A stretch of DNA of 61,867 nt, filler included, from Platydemus manokwari (Eukaryota), in the NCBI GenBank assembly GCA_037951405.1. It is 5 parts of 5 records of this genome, joined end to end, with 100 filler letters (N's around TTAATTAATTAA, not from the genome) between each part and the next. Parts side by side here need not be neighbours in the genome. Positions count along the whole stretch, not along the records: positions 49,661 to 61,867 come from JBBMOY010250005.1; 4 more parts are not named here. One strand, written 5' to 3'. A program made the translations under genes and the position numbers. Below, piece after piece: positions 54,101 through 61,867 of this stretch; position 1 is the stretch's first letter, and every line of letters starts with the position of its first letter. The notes beneath the pieces are model-generated. The model searched no databases and was not told the DNA's origin. It worked only from the letters and a program-made list of their open reading frames with translations.

Positions 54101-57100
54101 TTATTTGCTTTTAGAACGATCCCTTAATTAAATTTTCACAGAATTAAGGGTTTTATTGAATGTAGAAATAATTTTATGATACTTGACTTTCTATATCAAA
54201 TTAATTTTACTCTTAGGATCTGTTTTGATTATAATTTTGAATATTAACTATTCTAGGTTATGGCTTCAGTACGACATAAACATTGTTTGCGCCTTATTGG
54301 AGTGTCTTACAAAGATAGTCAGAAATTACTTATTTCAAGTTTTATGCCACTTGGAAGCATGGAAAAATACTTGATGAATAACAAAAAAACTTTGATTGGG
54401 CACACACTTTTGTTGTGGGCAGAACAGATAGCTAATGGAATGTTTTATCTAGAGTTGAATCACATAATCCATAGGTATTGTGTTATATAATAAACAATTA
54501 ACCATACGAATTTATAGGGATTTGGCAACTAGAAATGTTCTTATTTACAAAGAATCACATGTTCAAATTACTGATTTTGGGCTATCTAAGTTTATAAAAG
54601 ATGAAGAAATTAAAATCTTTGGTGGCATGGTACCGGTGCGTTGGTTAGCGATTGAAGCGTTGAGAGAAGGAATATATTCACATAAAACCGATGTCTGGGC
54701 TTATGGTAATTTGTAAGATGGAAATAATCGACTATTATTGTATTTTGTGAATAGCTGTCACTTTATGGGAAATATTTACCTTTGCTAAAATTCCGTATGA
54801 ATCAATCAAAGCACATGAGATACGAGATGAAATCATTAAAGGAACAAGACTGTGTCAACCTGAAATATGTTCATTGGATATTTACATTTTAATGCTTAAA
54901 TGTTAGACTTTGTTCTATTATTTTATTTATGTTATTTTAATCTATTCTTTCCTAGGTTGGAGTAACGATCCAGTTGAGCGGCCAACATTTGAATATTTAT
55001 GGACTGAATTTAAAATGTATAGCAACAATGCCGACACCTATTTGTCTCATCCTGTAATAAACTTATTTTCATAAATATATACATCTTATTATTTGATTCT
55101 ATTAAGAATGTCGAAACATACAGGAATGACTCGAGTAATAATTATATAGATGTTATTCATAATGAAGACGACCAATCATCCAATAATAGCATGCAATCTG
55201 GTAGAGCGTTATATAATCCTAAACATGAAAACATGCAATTGAAAGCTAGTCCTCAAAATATATTGATACCTGGTTAGTATTATTATGAATTGATAAAGTT
55301 TTAGTTCATTAAATGCTGACATAAATGCTTATGTATTATTGATATTCGTTAAGATTTGCTATTATCTATTTATTAGCATCATTTTTGTAAATGCACGCTT
55401 TTGCCGTGAGATTTTGGACAATTTTTCGGTGAAATGTTTAGGAAATTGTCTATAAAATATCTACTCTGAATTGCATAAATAAATATAATTATGTATATGC
55501 AAGTCTGATATAATGCGGTTTGCTTGGTGAACATGAATTATTTTTGACTAAATGCAAAAGATGACAAGCATTTTTACTAAAAATGAAAATTGTCTTGGGG
55601 ATTAGGCTAATTCCAATTATTATTTTATCAGTTGTTGTTATATTTCCGTGAAGATAATTTACAATTACAAGTACGTGAATGCTTGACACCCTATAGCGTT
55701 TGATTTAAATCTTGATGCACACGGCAAACAAGACCATAGAGATATTTGTTACAACCATTTATATCATTGAAAAATGAGGAAATTAGTTATCTAATATGAT
55801 GATTTGTTGGTTTTTTTTAAATTAATAATAAAAAGTATAAACGATAAACAATTTCGAGCATTTATTCTTAATACAATCAATAAGAGCCTTATGAAATACA
55901 AAACTTCAACGAAAATATTAGCAGTTAATAAATTTTATATTTTGTTTATTTAATTTTTTTGTGAAATGATATATTTTTCATAAATGTTGAATGGAAATTA
56001 CGAAATAAAAATTCATAATAACATTTGGATTTCACGATGTCCTTTAATCCATTTTTTGATTTCATTTTAGCAAAACTTTATGAATAGTCCACACTGTTCA
56101 ATAGTTAAATTTGGGTTTGATTTTATAATATATATTTTAGATATATGATTGCAATAATAAAAATACGCAAAATAAAACTATTTCACAGTGGATTTTTAAT
56201 GACAAACCAACTTGCAATTTCTCAGTTAAGCCTGGGATATTTTACTTCTTCGTAATGTTGGGGAATTCAAGGTTGAGCAGAAATCGATAGATAAGAAATA
56301 TAGGAATCTAGATAGTCAAATATTGATTTCATAATGATACTTACTCCAACTAAATTATATAGTAATGGCAAATATAGCAAACGAATTGGTAAAGCATAAA
56401 ATATTCTTTCTTTCAATAATATATTGGGCACACAATTATATAATTCAACTAAATTCGTTTTTCTACAAAAATCATAAAACTTTTATAATCAAAGTCATAA
56501 AATTATAACTAATAGTTTATCAAGAGTCATAATATATTTACACACTTGATTGATTACGCAAAAACTTCAATAGGTGTTTGTTTCTAATGGCCCGAATCAG
56601 AAATCATGTATCGGTTGGCAGTAAAATTTTCTAATTATATTTATAATTTAGAAAATATTCGTTCGCTATTGCTGGAAGAACCGAAAAGAAACATTTTCTA
56701 TGAGCCAGCAAATCAATTCAGAACATCAAATATTAATTTGAATGGATCATTTAGTAAGAATAGTGGAAATTCAAATTACCGTGGTAAATATTATTCGAAA
56801 TAAGCTTTGATCAAGATCATGTAAATGAACTGATCTAGTCTGTTAAATTTTCTTATTTAGTCGGTACTATTAAAATTGTCCTTAACAATAAGTTTATCAA
56901 GTAATATGATAATATTTAATTAATTAAATTTCGAGGAAAAACGGTGTCTATTAAGAATGAAAAGTATATTATTCTATAAAAATAGTGCAGCATAAAATAT
57001 AACGATGTTAGCATTTAAATTTTATGTTTTGAACTAGGATCTCAAAATGTTCATCTTTTAGTTGATCTCATAAAAACACAATGATAAATAAGAGTTATTT

Positions 57101-58515
57101 AGTAAATGAGATGAGCTATCACAGTGAGAGATAAATTTATGCTTTAAATGTATTTTTGAATGATAAATTTGTCAAGGACAAGATAACTCTCACTGATACC
57201 TGCTAGATAATTGTGAAATAGTTCCAGACCTTGCAAAGTTGATTTATTTCTGATATCAACTTGTATGTCATAGCGTTGAAAACATTCATCCAGGGGTTTT
57301 GCATTTTTGATCTAATATGATATCAAACTTAAATTTTTGACTTTAATGATTTTCCTTTTTTCCATCAATTCACCTAACCAAGTTTGCTCATTTATTATTA
57401 AAAAATTTAAGAGAATTACTTATAAATTATTATTAATACTAATAAAATATATCAAAAATTATTCATACAAAGCAATAGTAAAAATCAATTATTAGTCTAT
57501 TTCATTAAACATAAATTGTTTACAATTTATGAACCAAAATATTTAAATAATTAAAGATCATTTATAACATGTTTAAATCTTAACATCACTAATTTTATTC
57601 ACATCTCTTGCTATTGAATTCTCTCTTTCCTCTATATTTTTGTATCGAATTCAATTTATCGATCTATATTGTCTAGATCTTCTATCTTCTTTATATCCAT
57701 CATCTCAGAATTAAATACAGTTGCGTGGTAGTTATATTAGATGCTGCTATTTCATACATTATGAACTGAAAACCCACAAAAGCATATTAATCTAAAATAT
57801 TCAGATGAATTATTTAAAGGCATTTTATATTTTTTATTTAAAATGATGAGAAATTATTTATAATTTTTTCACTATTCTATTAAATTATTAAACCCAATAG
57901 AACTCAGGATTTTGTTCATGTCAGATTAAAATTAAAAATGGGCAACGATTTCTAGTTCTGAATCTAAATTATCATTCTATTTTCAACATAAGCTTGAAAC
58001 AAATTATTAAAAAAGTTAATGTCTAGTGAATGGAATAAAGTTCGCACTTATATTTCATTTATTCATTATAGATTGGCTTAGTATCAATGATATTTTTATA
58101 TTGTATAATGAACAATTTAACATGATTATTGACTTTTTCATATAATGTAAATATAATCGCATAAGATTTTCGAGGTTTTCGTCAAATGTTGTCTGGTTAA
58201 CGAGTTAATAAAATTGAACCAATCTACCCTATAAACCAAGAAAATAGTAGACCAATTACCAGATAAAGAAATATATGGTTAAGAATGATCCATTTATATT
58301 TGTAATAATGATTTAGATTTTATTTGTTCCTATATTATTCTTCTAATCGACTTTGTTAATCAAACGTAATATTATTCACAATAAGCGTTTTGATAATTCT
58401 TTATTCGTTATAATTATTTGAAATTATTATCCTTTTAGATAATCATAAAAGGGCAGATTTGTCTTCCAGTTCATTTACCAGAGAATATCTTGAACCTTTG
58501 ACGACAATAATTTGA
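51174..58515 (+). CDS. Egfr: EGFR/ErbB-family receptor tyrosine kinase, 3' part; exons 51174-51437, 52511-52756, 54257-54474, 54518-54705, 54755-54901, 54956-55053, 55107-55272, 56652-56783, 58439-58515
   Basis: Cys-rich CVENCP, TM helix, basic juxtamembrane, PPNMNQL, LGKGTFGSVYAGKW, VMASVRHKHCLRLIG, HRDLATRN, DFG, GGMVPVRWLAIE, RLCQPEICSLDIY, CWSNDPVERPTF and a tail EYL. The nine exons total 1536 nt in one open frame. Confidence 0.93.
52919..53398 (+). other. Unexplained 160-codon open frame nested in an EGFR intron
   Basis: Stop-free for 480 nt in very AT-rich DNA, with no early ATG unless two upstream TGA codons are read through. Confidence 0.4.
57200..57345 (-). mobile_element. Small Gypsy RT-leader remnant
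   Basis: KLISEINQLCK/SGTISQLSS resembles the EI..L...GII..S.S motif just before Gypsy RT. Confidence 0.3.
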
Positions 58516-59385
58516 CCAATATTCAAGTTGTTAAGCATTTAAACAAATGACATCATTTTGTATATCATTTTCCATTGTATATATAATGATACCTCATTTT
58601 ATACTTTGAATCTGTTTTTAAATTGCAAACGTGATTATTTAAAATATAATTTGATGAATTCGTACCAGACTTATTTTTTCCAATGTTTTATTAAGTGCAA
58701 AAATTATGTAGCGATTTCTTTATCTTTAGTTAGTTAATTTGAAATATCTTGAGATCGTTATATTAATAATTATAAGCTTCTGTATATTTTCCCACTTAAA
58801 AGTGAATTCTTAATCATTTTCAAAATTATATTTATATATAAGATATATTTATCCACGTGTTATCATAAAAAATCGAATATGCGTACCTATTTCTTGAAGT
58901 TATTAGCCCGAAGGATGATACAATATTATAATAAAAAAATATTAATTATATTACTGATAGGATTTTTGAGCTTTATAATGACTTAATATTTAAATCCAAC
59001 TTATTGTTGGTAATACCTATTTGTATCATGAAATTGAATTCAGATAATCATTTTTTGTAATATATTCTGCTCGGAATCTTAAATTTGGGAAAAGTTGAGT
59101 TTTTAGTACTAGTTTCCAACCAAATTAAAGCAGTTTTAGAAACTACGCAAAATAGAATAAAAGCTAAAAATATAATTTATGAAATTTAATTTTAACAATG
59201 AACAGATTATGAAGGTATTCCTGTAATAAAATGGTAATGAATAATAAATTTCTTAAATTTAATTCGTTTACAGTTTATCATAAATAATAAAGTTGTGAAA
59301 TTTATTTTAAACATATTTACAGACATCTGCACAGTTTATGACTATAAATAAATAGTTCACAAGAGGTTAGTTAGGCAATCATATA

Positions 59386-59741
59386 TGTTACCATGTCAAT
59401 GATAAAATAAGTTAAAAATGAAACTCATACGATCATGAAAATACCCAGTAAATCGAAAACAAACAAAAAATAACGGAACAAAATTACTAGCCAATCACAG
59501 ACAAGCAAGGTGAATAAAATTTTACTTTAAAAACAATTATAAAATTACAGAAAATCGCAGAACAAGTAAACGCAAGAAGATTTTCACATCATTCTACAAC
59601 TACTAAAATTCAATTGGACTACTTCTACACTCCTGTATCGAAAATTTCACATACTTCTAAAATTGCTGCTCTTCTAATCTTTTCGCTCAGAGTTGGGTTT
59701 CATTAACTCCGAATACTTTTCATGAGACTACAACTGTAACA
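59386..59741. mobile_element. Candidate solo LTR, 356 bp
   Basis: Termini TGTTAC...GTAACA; flanks TATA / TAAA (TSD with one mismatch). Confidence 0.5.
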
Positions 59742-60959
59742 TAAAATTTTATCTCATTCCACATTTGTAATCAATATCTATCTCATTGCAATCATTGAGA
59801 GTGTCAAAGAAATGTGATTATCTCAATTGTGTCATTATATTGATATTTAAAGTAACAATCATTCTACATTTTAGTACTGCTAAGAGTGTGATATTGGTGG
59901 AATTTATATATATAAATGCAAATGATTGACAGCAAACATGGATAATAAGTGACAACAATTTTACAATTTAAATTTGAAAACTTGAGGATAGTTGATTAAC
60001 TTCAAAAATCAAATAAGTAAACATTTAAATAACGCAAGAACAATGTCAGAGGAATTTCGGAACGAATCAAAAAGCAATTAGTGCAATATGAAGATCCAAA
60101 CGAATCCGTATAAACCAAAGTTCGATTCGAGAAATCAAATAAATGACCATGAAACATATATTGGGAAACAAAAGATAGGAAAGTGAAAATGTGAATCAAA
60201 TGTGTGATACAGTCAGGGGCTTACAGTTAATGTAGTGAAGAGATCTTATGAACAAAAATTATTGTAAAATAAATTTTCATATTTTCATAAGTTTTCAGTT
60301 GATTTATTACAAGCCATTATTTGCAAATAGACACTAGATATTTTCACAGATGATGAACCGATAGTGCAATGTTTTTATTAAAAACTAAAAATATGTTTAC
60401 CCAGAGAAGTAATTGCGATTTAAATTAAATAAAAATGTAAAATTGGTAAAGCTATTTTGATTTAGTGTAAGTTACAATATTTTAATTTCTATATGATTCT
60501 AAAGATTGATGCAAAATTATGGTATGTAATTAAAATTATCAATGAATATAAATAAATAATTCAATAATGCAATAAAATATAATTGATTATTACAAATGTT
60601 TAACAATTAAAAGTAAAATAAAATTAATTTTCAAATGACAAAAGCAATCAAATGATAAAAATAGACAAGCATATAATAGACAAATAACGAGGATTTGGTT
60701 TAATTGTTGATATAATTGTTGATATAATTCTTAGCTAGAACAATTATCTAAAATCTCTTGGAAAAGTATATCAAAGATAAGAAAAACTGATCTTTATCTA
60801 ACATAAATTGGAAAGCTTCACCGCGTAGTGCCACAAATCTTCTTGTCGGTTTATTTGACATTGACAACATGTTTTCGTAATGTTCTACTGTTGACAGAAG
60901 TTATTCAATGGCTGGTACTGATGGTATTTGTTTGTGTATCAAATGTGGTGAAGAAAATA

Positions 60960-61440
60960 CAACATCCCCGTTAAAGAAACATATTCAATCTTGTCTCAAT
61001 TGTCACACCATAATCACCCAGTTTATAAAAAATAGAATCAGAACTAAATAGAGATCAGTGTACCATTCAAAATATAGAATTTAATTACAGATGCAGGGTC
61101 GCCAATGACGAAAATGCTTCGAAATCTTTTAAGAGAAATAATATAAGATAACTGTCGAGATTAAATTAATTAAGTTTTAAGTGTACATAAACAATTTGTA
61201 AAAATATTTTTGTTGAATCAAGTTGATCACCCCAAAATAAGCTTTTATATCTGATTCCTAAAGATATAATTACAGAAAATGTCCTCTGATTAGTAATTGA
61301 TCAAAATTCAATAAGTATGACAATCGTTTTTGGATCAAATTTCAATAATAATTATCGTCATAAAAATGAATACTCTCATGATTGTGTAATCAATAGATTT
61401 TAAAGTCTAACTCCACAATCAATTGAAACTTCCAAAGGTT
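60960..61440 (+). mobile_element. Degenerate retroelement integrase debris
   Basis: LKKHIQSCLNC (zinc finger), ITDAGSPMT and IPKDIITEN (ITDNG-like motifs). Confidence 0.45.
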
Positions 61441-61533
61441 TGTTAATTCATAAATATGGGCTCTAAAATGTTCATCCAATATATTGATTATCAGATCATA
61501 AGAGGTAAAACTTAGTTTTACAAATTGTTATCA

Positions 61534-61820
61534 TGTTGGGATCCCCACCTAGCACTTCCAAACTGTATAAAAAAATCCAAATCCATAACTGTATAAACAT
61601 TCCAAAAACATAACAAAATCCAAATCCGAAACTGTATAAACAATCCAAAAACAGAACAAAATTCAAATTGTATAAATAGTCCAGAAAGATATTTGTAAAA
61701 ATATTCCCTCCCTGCCATAACTATGTAACCCAGTTAATAATAAAAGTCCCGAATGTAAACTATTTTTCCCATAAAATATGCGCCATAGGACGCCCTTGAG
61801 TATGGATTGAATTGCCAACA
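61534..61820. repeat. LTR-like segment with internal tandem subrepeats
   Basis: Termini TGTTGG...CCAACA; about four copies of AACTGTATAAA..ATCCAAA at 61560-61685; no matching TSD. Confidence 0.45.
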
Positions 61821-61867
61821 ACCCAACTTCAAAGAAAGAATAAAAATGCAGCAAGACAACAATTCGC

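Noticed and set aside
61560-61685. Short spaced repeats resembling a CRISPR array
   Set aside because: Degenerate repeats, spacers similar to each other, eukaryotic context and no cas genes.

Overview
Very AT-rich eukaryotic (animal) genomic DNA, not prokaryotic. It consists of five contigs joined by four artificial 100-nt spacers (N44-TTAATTAATTAA-N44). Introns are GT-AG and bimodal: 43-57 nt or 1.4-6.1 kb. That suggests a compact-genome invertebrate; an orthonectid such as Intoshia is only a guess. Genes rebuilt by hand: the last 3 exons of an SK/KCNN channel (+), an InaF-motif membrane protein (-), the last exon of Vang/strabismus (-), an ODF3/SHIPPO-repeat gene (-), a rhodopsin-class GPCR whose start needs a 1-nt frameshift (+), an orphan tropomyosin terminal exon (+), a 5-exon Onecut gene (-), and the last 9 exons of an EGFR-family kinase (+). 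Intergenic and intronic DNA holds a full-length dead pogo/Tigger transposon, MITEs, solo LTRs, a TRIM-like LTR pair, many Gypsy remnants and a CR1/L2 fragment. I found no convincing wholly new biological system. The best leads are decayed cell-surface gene fragments (two cadherin, one LRR-Ig), an unexplained 160-codon ORF inside an EGFR intron, and an EGFR kinase with a shortened beta3-alphaC loop. All homology calls are by eye and need HMM/BLAST confirmation.
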